Assembly: GCF_018398935.1 (NCBI RefSeq)
Contig: NZ_CP074694.1
Span: forward strand, 4,230,001-4,262,000
Length of the DNA: 32,000 nucleotides
Reading direction: 5' to 3'
DNA from: Telmatocola sphagniphila
Lineage (GTDB): Bacteria > Planctomycetota > Planctomycetia > Gemmatales > Gemmataceae
Shown here: in pieces, positions 1-9,712 of the stretch
Position numbering within the stretch: position 1 is the first letter of the stretch
How the letters are laid out: every line of letters begins with the position of its first letter
Position numbers and translations under genes: made by a program
The notes under the pieces: generated by a model
Seen by the model: the letters and a program-made list of their open reading frames with translations, nothing else
Told to the model about the DNA's origin: nothing
The model's database searches: none

Positions 1-3000
1 TCAACGCATTCGGCTGGCCGGGCAGATCGGTTCCGGCCTCGTGGGCGTGTTGTACATTCTCGACGAACCGAGCATCGGACTGCACCCGCGCGATAACGAA
101 CGACTGCTCGCCAGTCTCGAGCGGCTGCGCGACATGGGTAACACCGTCCTGGTTGTGGAACATGACGAAGACACGATGCGGCGCTGCGATTTTCTGGTCG
201 ATTTCGGGCCGGGACCGGGAGTGCGCGGCGGACAAATCGTGGCCGCGGCCTCGCCCGCCGAGGTGATGGCCTCCGGAGTCTCCCAAACTGGCCAATATCT
301 TTCTGGAAAAATTCAGATTGAGATCCCCAAGGAACGAAAGGCTCCGGGGGCCCGGAAGATTTCCATTCGCGGCGCCCGACACAACAACCTTAAAGATGTC
401 TCAGTCGATATTCCGCTGGGACTATTCGTAGTCGTTACGGGAGTCTCCGGTTCTGGCAAAAGCTCCCTCGTGAACGAAGTTCTGCTGGAAGGTTTGCGAT
501 CGCTGGGACGGGAAGCCAAACAGGAAAAGTCGGAGGAAGAGGAAGAGCACCTGATCGAAGATCAGGTCATCGGTACGCGCTGCGATAAACTTTTAGGCGC
601 CGATGAAATCGACAAAGTGATCGACATCGATCAGAAGCCGATCGGGCGGACGCCTCGCTCGAATCCGGCGACATACATCAAGCTTTTTGATGAAATTCGC
701 AGTCTTTTTGCTCAAATGAGCGAATCTAAACTGCGCGGCTACCAGCCGGGACGCTTCAGCTTCAATCGTCCCGGCGGCCGTTGTGAGAGCTGCGAAGGGA
801 ATGGCTCGAATAAGCTCGAAATGGACTTCCTGGCCGATGTCTGGGTCACCTGCCCGGTGTGCGAAGGCAAGCGCTTCAATCGGGAAACTCTTCAAGTTCG
901 CTATCGCGGCAAGAATATTTTCGAAGTACTGGATATGGACGTGCAGGAGGCTCTGCAGCACTTCGAAAACGTTCCCAAGGTCCGCGCCATGCTGCAGACA
1001 CTGCATGATGTCGGGCTCGATTACATCAAATTGGGGCAGGCTTCCCCCACCTTATCTGGCGGCGAGGCTCAGCGCATAAAATTGGCACGCGAACTCTGCC
1101 GACGAAGCACCGGCAAAACGCTCTACATTCTCGATGAACCGACCACCGGCCTGCATTTTGAAGACATCCGCAAGCTTCTGGAAGTGCTGCATGGCTTCAC
1201 AGCGGCGGGCAATACCGTTCTGGTGATTGAGCATAATCTGGACGTTATCAAAACGGCGGACTGGATTATCGATCTGGGACCAGAGGGGGGTAAACGGGGC
1301 GGCGAGATCGTCGTGACTGGCACACCGGAAACTGTGGTCGCCTGCAAAAAATCGCACACCGGACAGTCACTCGCTCCATTCTTCCAGAAGAAGAAACTCA
1401 ACGGAAGGCCGACGAAGCCCACCGCGGAAAAGACTCGCGCGGTAAACGAGCGCATCACTCATATTTGCGTCACCGGAGCTCGCCAGAACAACTTGAAGGA
1501 TCTAACCGTCCGGATACCGCGAGAAGAAATGTCGGTCTGTTGCGGACCCAGCGGTTCCGGGAAAAGCACTCTGGCCATCGACACGATCTATGCCGAAGGC
1601 CAACGGCGGTATGTGGAAAGCCTTTCCAGTTACGCCCGCCAGTTCCTGGGACAGGTTCAAAAACCCCGGGTAGAATCGGTCAGCGGGCTTTCACCAGCTA
1701 TCAGCATCGAGCAGAAAACCACCAGCCGCAGTCCCCGTTCCACAGTGGGAACGATCACGGAAATCTACGATTATCTCCGCGTTCTGTACGCCCGGCTCGG
1801 CCAACCCTACTGCCCCAATTGTCAACTGCCGATCGGCACTCAATCGGCCGATGAGATCATTGCCAAAGTTATGGCACTTCCTGAAGGCAGTAAGCTGTAT
1901 ATCCTCGCGCCGCTCGAGCCGCGCGGCCAGGAAACCTACCAGATTCTCTTCGATGAAATACGATCCGGAGGTTACGCCCGCGTTCGCGTTAACGGTAAAA
2001 CTTATCCCATCGATTCGCCTCCCGATATCGATCATCGTCGCAAGCATTTGATTGAAGTCGTCGTCGACCGTAACGTGGTGAAGTCGGGGAATCGCGGCCG
2101 AGTAGCCGAGAGTATCGAAAAGGCCTTGGAGATGGGCAAAGGGGTGATGCACATCGCCCATGTCGACGACACCAAAGACGAGACCAAGTGGAAAGTAGAG
2201 CAGTTCAGCCAGCATCTGGCCTGCAGCAAGTGCGGCACCAGTTACGATCGCTTGAATCCCCATAACTTCAGCTTTAACAGTCCGCTCGGGTGCTGCCCGT
2301 CCTGCGAGGGCTTGGGAACCCAAAAGGGGGCGAACACCAGCAATATCATTCGCAACCCTAGCTTGTCGATTCGGGGCGGAGCCATTACAGCCTGGCCTCG
2401 GCTGGACACCGATAGCCCGTTTTTGCCGATTGCAGAGGCGATTTGCGAGCATCTGGGTATCGATTTGGATTCGCCATTGAATACCGTGCCGCAAGCGGCG
2501 AGCCGCCAATTGATCTACGGCACTGGTAGCGAGTGGATCTCCCTTCCCAAGGGATCGCCCTTGAGTCGGATTCAATACAAGGGGATTGTTCCGGCTATGG
2601 ATGAAGCCACCCGCGTGAGCTTCGTCTATCGCCAGCGCTTGACATCGCTAGTCGATGAAGTGGCTTGCAGTGCCTGCGCCGGATCGCGGTTACGGGCCGA
2701 TGCAGCGGCCACACGTTTCCAGAATCTGACCATCGGCGAACTCGGAAATTTACCGATCTCGCAAACCTTGAACCTATTCAAGACTTTGAAATGGACGAAA
2801 CGGGAAATTCAGATTGCTGGCGAACTCCGTCGGGAAATCCAGAACCGCTTACAATTCCTCGATGATGTGGGACTCGAATATCTGACCCTATCCCGACCCG
2901 GGCCAACTCTATCGGGTGGCGAAGCGCAGCGCATTCGATTGGCTTCGCAAATCGGCAGCGGCCTCACGGGCGTACTCTATGTTCTGGATGAGCCGACCAT

Positions 3001-5413
3001 CGGACTTCATCCGCGTGACAACGCGCGATTGCTGAAAGCACTGCAAAAACTTCGGAATCTGGGGAATACTCTACTTCTCGTCGAACATGATCGCGAAGTG
3101 ATCGAGTCAGCCGATTATCTACTCGACTTCGGACCGGGTGCGGGAGATCGCGGCGGCGAAATCACGGCCGAGGGCACCCCCGCGAAAGTCATCAAAAATC
3201 CCAAATCACTAACCGGTAATTACCTTTCCGGCAGTAAATCGATTGCGATTCCTCTCAATCGACGGCTAGTGCGTGGCAAGGCGAACGGACTGCCCAATTC
3301 CCTCGATGGAATCTCCTACGCGGAATCAAAAAAGCCGACCCTATTAATCCAGGTGCGCGGCGCCCGGCAGAATAATCTGAAGAATATTGACGTCGAAATC
3401 CCGCTTCGAAGTTTCGTGGCCGTCACAGGAGTGAGCGGTTCGGGTAAGAGCACATTGGTTAACGAGGTCATCTACAACACGTTGGCTCGAAAACTGAATC
3501 GGGCCAGCACGCCTACGGCCGCGCACGATGAAATCACCGGACTGGATCAAATCGACAAAATCATCAATGTCGACCAAGATCCGATCGGCAATTCCCCGAG
3601 TTCTAACCCCGCGACCTATACCGGCGTTTTCGACCACATCCGCCAGCTCTTTTCACAGATGCCCGAATCGAAACTACGCGGCTATACACCGCGACGTTTC
3701 AGCTTCAATCAGCCGGGGGGCCGATGCGAAACCTGCGAGGGTAATGGCCAGAAGCGTATCGAAATGCATTTCCTACCCGATGTCTGGATCGAATGCGACA
3801 CCTGCAAGGGGGCTCGCTACAATCCCGAGACGCTGGCAGTGAAGTATAAGGACAAATCGATTGCCGATGTTCTCAATATGCGTGTGAATGAAGCTCTCGA
3901 ACTGTTTGGAAACATTCCCAAACTCCGTTCGATTCTGCAAACGCTTTCGGATGTGGGATTGGATTACGTCTCGCTCGGCCAACCCGCCCCCACACTCTCC
4001 GGCGGAGAAGCTCAACGGGTGAAGTTGGCCGCCGAGCTAAGCCGCCCCAACACGGGCCGGACAATCTATTTGCTCGACGAACCGACGACAGGCCTGCACT
4101 TCGATGACATTCGCAAACTTCTGGATGTTCTGCATCGCCTCGTCGATTTGGGGAACACTGTACTGGTAGTCGAGCACAATCTCGACGTGATAAAAACCGC
4201 CGATTGGGTCATCGACCTCGGCCCGGAAGCAGGCGCGAGCGGCGGACGAGTGATAGCTGCCGGCACACCGGAGGAGGTTGTGCTCCAGATGCAGGAGGCC
4301 CGCAAGGCAAAGCAGCCCTTTTCGCAGACGGCTCCTTTCATCGAAACAGTGTTGGCCGCCGGGCCATTGGAATATCGACCGATCTTCGATCCCAAAACGC
4401 TTACGGAAAAGCGGGAGAACGACGTCGACCTCGAAAAAGTGGGCAAAGATGCTCTACTCCCCTGGCAGGTGGATGGTCGAAAGTGGCATACTCAGGACCG
4501 GGTGACCACCACGGGAAAACCGGCGAAGTGGGAAGGCCAGATTATCAATTGGGTAGAAGAGCGCATTCATGAACTGGGGGAATTCTCGCCAACTGACTGG
4601 AGCGAGAGAACGGTGGTAGAGATCGCCGGTAAACCGAAGAGCCTGGGTTGGTTCTTCCATGCTCACACCGGGATGGAGTGGCTAACGCGATTAGTGTTCC
4701 GTGTGGCTCGCAATACCTTTAAGGAAGAAGCTCTGATTGCCAAGCTGGGTATCAAACCGCTCGATCAGACGCCGGAATTGAAGGTACAGGTTTATTCCAA
4801 CGAGCAGCGCGTGAATGTCGAAAACCGTAAAGGTCCCTGGCAGGAAGTCTGGATGCTGGTGAATAACCTCGGGGAGATCAACACCCCGGCCTTCCGGGAT
4901 TTTCTCAAACAGGCGGTTGGAGCGTTTGGTAAGAATATTCAAACGATGCAGACCTCCATCGAGGATGTCATGCCCTGGAAGAAGGATGGTCGCAAGTGGC
5001 ACCTGGGAGATAAAGGCTTCCCGGTCGGCAAAAAAGTCCGCTGGGATAAAACGCTCCTTCCACAACTTTTGGATTTAGTCGAACGAACTAGCCGGAAGGT
5101 TCGCTTCGAATGGGATACTCGAGATGCAGTATCCATCAAGCTGGAGGAAAACAACCGAACCTGGATTCGTATTCGAAGCAAGGATGCCGATTCACTGAGT
5201 TTTCGAATCTGGACCAAGCCGGGGATCATCAATTTGAATTCGCTGGAGGGAATCGGTCGAGAATCGGATGTCAGCCGGGATCGGGCCGACGGCACCGAAG
5301 TGATCCTGATCGGCCTGCAAAATTCGTCGCAGATGCCGACAGCGAAACTGTCCGATATCCTGAAAGTTTCACGGCAAGGACTGCTCGAACTATCTCAGAC
5401 GAGTGCGGATTGA
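1..5413 (+). CDS. uvrA: UvrA-family ABC ATPase, 5'-partial. It is a tandem fusion: the C-terminal half of one UvrA unit, a second complete UvrA unit, and an unassigned ~360-aa C-terminal tail.
   Basis: The frame is open from the window edge; codons from nt 2 read QRIRLAGQIGSGLVGVLYILDEPSIGLH, the UvrA signature/Walker B region. Up to ~nt 1450 there are Walker A GVSGSGKSS, the Zn module CESCEGNG..CPVCEGKR, LSGGEAQR and YILDEPTTGLH. After a basic linker (KKKLNGRPTKPTAEKTRAVNER), a second unit starts at ~nt 1454 with a typical UvrA N-terminus (ITHICVTGARQNNLKDL, GPSGSGKSTLAIDTIYAEGQRRYVESLSSYARQF). That unit has CPNC...CSKC and CPSCEG...CSAC modules, two LSGGEAQR signatures and two Walker A/B sets, and ends at ~nt 4340. 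The tail runs to TGA 5411-5413. Confidence 0.9.
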   Translation, partial: QRIRLAGQIGSGLVGVLYILDEPSIGLHPRDNERLLASLERLRDMGNTVLVVEHDEDTMRRCDFLVDFGPGPGVRGGQIVAAASPAEVMASGVSQTGQYLSGKIQIEIPKERKAPGARKISIRGARHNNLKDVSVDIPLGLFVVVTGVSGSGKSSLVNEVLLEGLRSLGREAKQEKSEEEEEHLIEDQVIGTRCDKLLGADEIDKVIDIDQKPIGRTPRSNPATYIKLFDEIRSLFAQMSESKLRGYQPGRFSFNRPGGRCESCEGNGSNKLEMDFLADVWVTCPVCEGKRFNRETLQVRYRGKNIFEVLDMDVQEALQHFENVPKVRAMLQTLHDVGLDYIKLGQASPTLSGGEAQRIKLARELCRRSTGKTLYILDEPTTGLHFEDIRKLLEVLHGFTAAGNTVLVIEHNLDVIKTADWIIDLGPEGGKRGGEIVVTGTPETVVACKKSHTGQSLAPFFQKKKLNGRPTKPTAEKTRAVNERITHICVTGARQNNLKDLTVRIPREEMSVCCGPSGSGKSTLAIDTIYAEGQRRYVESLSSYARQFLGQVQKPRVESVSGLSPAISIEQKTTSRSPRSTVGTITEIYDYLRVLYARLGQPYCPNCQLPIGTQSADEIIAKVMALPEGSKLYILAPLEPRGQETYQILFDEIRSGGYARVRVNGKTYPIDSPPDIDHRRKHLIEVVVDRNVVKSGNRGRVAESIEKALEMGKGVMHIAHVDDTKDETKWKVEQFSQHLACSKCGTSYDRLNPHNFSFNSPLGCCPSCEGLGTQKGANTSNIIRNPSLSIRGGAITAWPRLDTDSPFLPIAEAICEHLGIDLDSPLNTVPQAASRQLIYGTGSEWISLPKGSPLSRIQYKGIVPAMDEATRVSFVYRQRLTSLVDEVACSACAGSRLRADAAATRFQNLTIGELGNLPISQTLNLFKTLKWTKREIQIAGELRREIQNRLQFLDDVGLEYLTLSRPGPTLSGGEAQRIRLASQIGSGLTGVLYVLDEPTIGLHPRDNARLLKALQKLRNLGNTLLLVEHDREVIESADYLLDFGPGAGDRGGEITAEGTPAKVIKNPKSLTGNYLSGSKSIAIPLNRRLVRGKANGLPNSLDGISYAESKKPTLLIQVRGARQNNLKNIDVEIPLRSFVAVTGVSGSGKSTLVNEVIYNTLARKLNRASTPTAAHDEITGLDQIDKIINVDQDPIGNSPSSNPATYTGVFDHIRQLFSQMPESKLRGYTPRRFSFNQPGGRCETCEGNGQKRIEMHFLPDVWIECDTCKGARYNPETLAVKYKDKSIADVLNMRVNEALELFGNIPKLRSILQTLSDVGLDYVSLGQPAPTLSGGEAQRVKLAAELSRPNTGRTIYLLDEPTTGLHFDDIRKLLDVLHRLVDLGNTVLVVEHNLDVIKTADWVIDLGPEAGASGGRVIAAGTPEEVVLQMQEARKAKQPFSQTAPFIETVLAAGPLEYRPIFDPKTLTEKRENDVDLEKVGKDALLPWQVDGRKWHTQDRVTTTGKPAKWEGQIINWVEERIHELGEFSPTDWSERTVVEIAGKPKSLGWFFHAHTGMEWLTRLVFRVARNTFKEEALIAKLGIKPLDQTPELKVQVYSNEQRVNVENRKGPWQEVWMLVNNLGEINTPAFRDFLKQAVGAFGKNIQTMQTSIEDVMPWKKDGRKWHLGDKGFPVGKKVRWDKTLLPQLLDLVERTSRKVRFEWDTRDAVSIKLEENNRTWIRIRSKDADSLSFRIWTKPGIINLNSLEGIGRESDVSRDRADGTEVILIGLQNSSQMPTAKLSDILKVSRQGLLELSQTSAD

Positions 5414-5417
5414 ATAA

Positions 5418-6146
5418 GTGTCCATGCCGCTTCCACTTTTGGCCGCACATATCTCCGATGGAGTGCTGCAGCCGATTCCGCAAATTGTCGGAATCGCAGT
5501 CGCGGTTGCCCTGCTAGCCTTTGCCTTGAGAAAACTCCGGGATGACCAAATACCCCGCGTGATTCTCTGCACTGCTGTATTTTTCATCGCCTCACTCATT
5601 CACATACGCATCGGCCCCACCAGTGCCCATTTGCTGCTCAATGGGCTGATCGGAATTCTGCTGGGATATCTGGCAATCATTCCGATTGCGGTCGGACTTT
5701 TCATGCAGGCCGTGCTGTTTGGTCACGGGGGTTTTCTGGTTTGGGGTATGAATTGCTGTATCTTCACTCTCCCGGCACTTATCGCCCCCTATTTATTCAG
5801 CCGACTGCAAAATGCCGACGACTACGGCGGCCCAGTCTCACTGCCCTTTACACTCGCTTTGGGGGCTTTGCTGCAACCCATCCTTACTCTTCCGATCTGG
5901 TTGGTCACTCAGATGGCACGATTGCAGCTGAGCCGGAAATCATTTTTTCCGGCCGCTTTTCTGTGCGGTTTTACGACGGTCATGCTGACGGTTTTTCTCA
6001 ACGGTTTCGTGCTGGTAGCTTTCGGGAATGCCGATTGGCGCTGGATTGCAGCGATTGTTGTGGCGGGGCACTTACCGCTGGCATTTGTGGAAGGCATTAT
6101 CGCCGGGTTTGCCTGTGAGGCGATGTTGAAAAACAAACGCCCCTAA
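5418..6146 (+). CDS. CbiM/NikM-like polytopic membrane protein (ECF-transporter substrate-component family), with no partner genes nearby
   Basis: A 242-aa hydrophobic ORF starts 4 nt after the uvrA stop, at GTG 5418 (ATG 5424 is an alternative). The N-terminal AHISDGVL, and SAHLLLNGLIGILLG ... QAVLFGHGGFLVWGMN, match the CbiM-family pattern as I remember it. Confidence 0.6.
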   Translation: MSMPLPLLAAHISDGVLQPIPQIVGIAVAVALLAFALRKLRDDQIPRVILCTAVFFIASLIHIRIGPTSAHLLLNGLIGILLGYLAIIPIAVGLFMQAVLFGHGGFLVWGMNCCIFTLPALIAPYLFSRLQNADDYGGPVSLPFTLALGALLQPILTLPIWLVTQMARLQLSRKSFFPAAFLCGFTTVMLTVFLNGFVLVAFGNADWRWIAAIVVAGHLPLAFVEGIIAGFACEAMLKNKRP

Positions 6147-6201
6147 CAGGAGTTGAAGCAGAAGCACAACTGACTCTAACTCGAATCGATAAGCGATTAC
6201 G

Positions 6202-7182
6202 CTAAAAACCTGAAACGATTTCAGAACCCGCTCGAGTACCCAGAGCTCGCCAAGTCGGAAGCGCTATGGAATTGGTGATGAAATGGACCGAACCATCCAT
6301 CATCAGCGCATTAACGCCGCCTGTATGATAACTGCGGGCCGTGATGGCCGAATATGTGCTGAGATTGGCCGTTTTCCCTTCCCGGCGACTGGTGAAATCG
6401 ACATCGTATGTTTGTCCACCCGATGAGAGCAGCACTTGAGTATTCGGCGTGAAAGTTGTGGTGAAACAGGATTGACTGCTCCGGGCATCAATCCACTCGA
6501 CATGCCCAGCCCCTGATTTGAAAGTACCTCCATACGGTATAAGATCGCTGGGCGAGGACGGAATCGGTGCTCCGGGACTCGCGGGTAAACCTCCATCGCG
6601 AACCAGCATGGTAAACGTTTTGCCTTCAGACATGCCTAGAGTACTACTGGTTCCGTCCACGAGATCCGCAAATCGTGTTTTCCTATTCATCCCGATGGCG
6701 CCATCCCCGGTATTCCCGGTGACCGGATCGTAAACGAACCAACTTCCCACGCTCATGAGATAATTCAGCGGATAAGGGGCCGTTGCACTTGACTGAGGAT
6801 GATCATTGATTTCAGCAGGACACATCAGCAAGGCCACACGATTCACGGCCATCGCCTGCCCATCGCTCGATTGCGAGAAGTCGACGAGTTTTTCCAGATT
6901 GTCCTGCTCAATGTAAGGTAAGAGGTGTGTCTGCGCGGACCAGGGATCTCCTATTTTGCCTACGGGGACATCTCCTTGAGTCGGGAAACTCCCCTGTGAG
7001 GATTCGTAGTTATGCAGCGCCAGTCCCCACTGCTTGAGATTATTCTGGCAACGCATTCGTGCAGCGGCCGCACGAACGTTCTGCACGGCCGGCAATAGCA
7101 AGCCGATTAAAATCGCAATAATCGCGATCACCACCAGTAATTCGATCAGAGTAAAGGCTTGGCGTTTCAGTGGCTTCCTCAT
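6202..7182 (-). CDS. DUF1559 / H-X9-DG protein with a prepilin-type N-terminal cleavage/methylation domain
   Basis: It has [52 protein letters not shown] at the N-terminus and [16 protein letters not shown] (H-X9-DG) near the C-terminus. I set the start at ATG 7182 ([16 protein letters not shown]), 4 nt after the upstream stop at 7187-7189. The longer ORF to 7269 would overlap the upstream gene. Confidence 0.85.
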   Translation of the reverse strand: MRKPLKRQAFTLIELLVVIAIIAILIGLLLPAVQNVRAAAARMRCQNNLKQWGLALHNYESSQGSFPTQGDVPVGKIGDPWSAQTHLLPYIEQDNLEKLVDFSQSSDGQAMAVNRVALLMCPAEINDHPQSSATAPYPLNYLMSVGSWFVYDPVTGNTGDGAIGMNRKTRFADLVDGTSSTLGMSEGKTFTMLVRDGGLPASPGAPIPSSPSDLIPYGGTFKSGAGHVEWIDARSSQSCFTTTFTPNTQVLLSSGGQTYDVDFTSRREGKTANLSTYSAITARSYHTGGVNALMMDGSVHFITNSIALPTWRALGTRAGSEIVSGF

Positions 7183-7186
7183 CTCA

Positions 7187-9712
7187 TCACTCTTTCGTAT
7201 TCTGATTGCGGAAAATAATTGCTCGACGCACGGCCGGGGGAATGGGGGCATCCTTCCCTTTGATTGCACGCCAGAGGATTTCGTTCAGTTCGAAATCATC
7301 GACCAGATCGTAATCGCTAAAGTCCATTTTCGCGGATCGATCTGCCCCATACGCGGTCATTCCATTCTTGCGATTCAAATCAATTTGAGCTCCGACATGC
7401 TTGTACTCGGTTAGATCCATCCTGTCGGTGAAGCTGTCGAACATCGGTCGGGCCGAGGCATCGTACTGACTCAATGGCGGCAGGCCGAGAATCAACTCCA
7501 TGGTGCGAATCATGCTGACCGTCGAATACATTGTGCTGTCGAGATATTTTCGCTTCGTAAAAGGGGAGATCACCAGGCCCACGGTTCGCTGGGCGTCTAC
7601 ATGGTCCGGTCCGTTTTGAGCATCGTCTTCAATGACGAAGATCGCTGTTTCTTTCCAAAGCGGTCCCTTCGAGATTTCTTCTACGATCTGGCCTAAAGCC
7701 AAGTCGTTGCTGGCAACGCAGGCTTCCGGTGTGAACGCTTTGGGTGAGGTTCCGGAGGTATGATCTTCGCCCAAACTCATGATCATCATTCGCGGCATGT
7801 TCCCGGTTTTCAAAAAGGCCCGATATTCTTTCAAGAAGATTTCGGCATTTTCGGTGTCGCGAACATTTCCAGTGACTTCTTTCGATACTCCATAATTCGG
7901 GCAGATATGATCGATCAGTCCTGGAACCCGCGCTTCCATGCGGGCACCCCCCTTACCATCGGAAACGCGCTTGCCGTATTCCCCATAGTTTCGATAGCTT
8001 ACACCGGCTCTTTTGCAGGCGTCCCAAAGGTAACCCGACGGTGCATTGGAGAGATTCCCTTCGTCGTCGTCTTTCACTCCGGGTCTTCGAGAATAGGTGA
8101 GGTGCCAATCCCGCGCGATGTAATCGGTGTGATAGGCCATCGTACTCCAGGGATGCCCATCGACGCTGACCTGGCCGTTGCAATAGAGGTTGTCCAGCAG
8201 TACGAATTCCTCGGCCAATTTGTGATGGTTCGGGGTGATCTTCTCGCCGAACATGGTTAAACTGGCATCCCCATTACCCTTTTTCATATCTCCGAAAACC
8301 TGATCATAGGTTCGGTTTTCCTTGATGATGTAAAGCACGTATTTGATCGGACTTGGGTCTCCAACTTTCGTAGGAATGGCGGTTTTAACGGGATAAGGTG
8401 CTGAAGTCAGTTGCTGATCGGAATAGGGGCAGTTCCGGTAAACTTGAGCCGTATACTCCTTCAAAGCTTTGCGATCCGGGATCGGGACAATGGAAAGCGC
8501 ACCGCTCATCGTCGTTCCCACATAGGGGTACGGCATTAGTTTTTTGGCTATCGTTTTGACGATATCCTTTTCTTTGGATTCCAACTGTTCTTTGGTGAAC
8601 AGGGGATTGGCTTTCGATTGCAAGCCTTTACCAACGCCCACCAGAAGGTTTTTATTATCGGGTGTGACGGCCACGGATGTGGGATACCAGCCGGTGGGAA
8701 TAAACCCTTTTATTAAACTCTTATCTTCGTCTTCGATATCGATCGCTACCACACAATTGTTATCGGCATTGGCAACGTAAAGAGATTTCCCGTCTGGCGA
8801 AATGGCCAAGGCACAAGGAGTACTTCCTTCCGGTGCTTTCGGAAACAAAGTTGTGGAAATCACTTCGGTGACGACACCGCGTTGAGTATCGATCGCACAC
8901 ACCGTATTGCTGGAGGCGCAGGCTACAAACAAGCGATTGTCCAAGGGGTGGGCAACCATCTGATTAGGATGCTCGCCGACAGGAATTTTAGCGGTAATTT
9001 TCAAAGATGTCGGATCAACAACGAGAACTTGTCTTCCGCTCCAATCCGAGACATAAAGCAAGCTGGCCCGGACTGGAGCAATGATATCGTAAGGTCGGCC
9101 TCCCAAATGGGAGTGTTTCTTGTTCGCGTCCTGAAAATTCGCAACTGTTAGATTCCCGTTATTGATATCGAGCGTATACAACGCCTTTCTTTTTTCATCC
9201 AGGCACAAACCGCTCAGGAAAGACTTGGAATCGGGCTCGGCGTCCAGCAGTTTCAGCAGTTCGGGCATCGAAATTTTGCTGAGATCGGCCTCGGCGGGAC
9301 TGGTCGATTTGAGAGAGTTTTCCTTCAAGTCGAAGGTATGAACCAGACCAACGCCCCCTCCCGACCACCAAACTTTAGATTCCTCTTTATTGAGTACGAG
9401 ACCGAACCAGCTATTTCGCGTCGACGGTTCACTAACTATTTTCCCAGCGGAATAATCGATCAGATACAAGTGATGCGTGTTAAAGCCGCTTGTCGCCACG
9501 AGGGCATGGCGATTGTCCTGAAGCGGGATGATATTCAAAGGAAGATCGGTTGTTTCCACATGCTTGCCGGCGGGGGTCAGATGCCAGCCGTTCGGCAGAA
9601 GAAACCCCGTGGAAGTCGGCCCGACATATCTGGGTTTCGAGTTCGCGGCGTCTTGAGCCTGCAAACTCGCTAAGGGCCCAAGTAGCAAGAAGACTGTTAA
9701 TAGACGCGACAT
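7187..9712 (-). CDS. Secreted bifunctional-type protein: N-terminal beta-propeller repeats plus a C-terminal phosphoesterase domain (phospholipase C / acid phosphatase family)
   Basis: The signal peptide is [21 protein letters not shown]. The N-terminal half has repeated propeller-like blades ([57 protein letters not shown]). The C-terminal half has [36 protein letters not shown] and [19 protein letters not shown], typical of the phosphoesterase family. Confidence 0.8.
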   Translation of the reverse strand: MSRLLTVFLLLGPLASLQAQDAANSKPRYVGPTSTGFLLPNGWHLTPAGKHVETTDLPLNIIPLQDNRHALVATSGFNTHHLYLIDYSAGKIVSEPSTRNSWFGLVLNKEESKVWWSGGGVGLVHTFDLKENSLKSTSPAEADLSKISMPELLKLLDAEPDSKSFLSGLCLDEKRKALYTLDINNGNLTVANFQDANKKHSHLGGRPYDIIAPVRASLLYVSDWSGRQVLVVDPTSLKITAKIPVGEHPNQMVAHPLDNRLFVACASSNTVCAIDTQRGVVTEVISTTLFPKAPEGSTPCALAISPDGKSLYVANADNNCVVAIDIEDEDKSLIKGFIPTGWYPTSVAVTPDNKNLLVGVGKGLQSKANPLFTKEQLESKEKDIVKTIAKKLMPYPYVGTTMSGALSIVPIPDRKALKEYTAQVYRNCPYSDQQLTSAPYPVKTAIPTKVGDPSPIKYVLYIIKENRTYDQVFGDMKKGNGDASLTMFGEKITPNHHKLAEEFVLLDNLYCNGQVSVDGHPWSTMAYHTDYIARDWHLTYSRRPGVKDDDEGNLSNAPSGYLWDACKRAGVSYRNYGEYGKRVSDGKGGARMEARVPGLIDHICPNYGVSKEVTGNVRDTENAEIFLKEYRAFLKTGNMPRMMIMSLGEDHTSGTSPKAFTPEACVASNDLALGQIVEEISKGPLWKETAIFVIEDDAQNGPDHVDAQRTVGLVISPFTKRKYLDSTMYSTVSMIRTMELILGLPPLSQYDASARPMFDSFTDRMDLTEYKHVGAQIDLNRKNGMTAYGADRSAKMDFSDYDLVDDFELNEILWRAIKGKDAPIPPAVRRAIIFRNQNTKE

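Noticed and set aside
1691-2575. A 294-aa minus-strand ORF lies inside uvrA, alongside many shorter ORFs on both strands across 300-5500.
   Set aside because: All of them overlap an unambiguous UvrA reading frame. Their composition is typical of out-of-frame or antisense translation.
5380-5424. A cobalamin riboswitch or other leader upstream of the CbiM-like gene.
   Set aside because: Only 4-10 nt separate the uvrA stop from the possible starts, so there is no space for a structured leader.
7034-7414. Three small ORFs (7034..7414 +, 9938..10153 -, 30856..31116 -) share a conserved peptide, [18 protein letters not shown], and so look like a gene family.
   Set aside because: Each lies exactly antisense to the conserved prepilin-type N-terminus ([29 protein letters not shown]) of a DUF1559 gene. 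The shared peptide is the mirror image of that conserved coding sequence, not an independent family.
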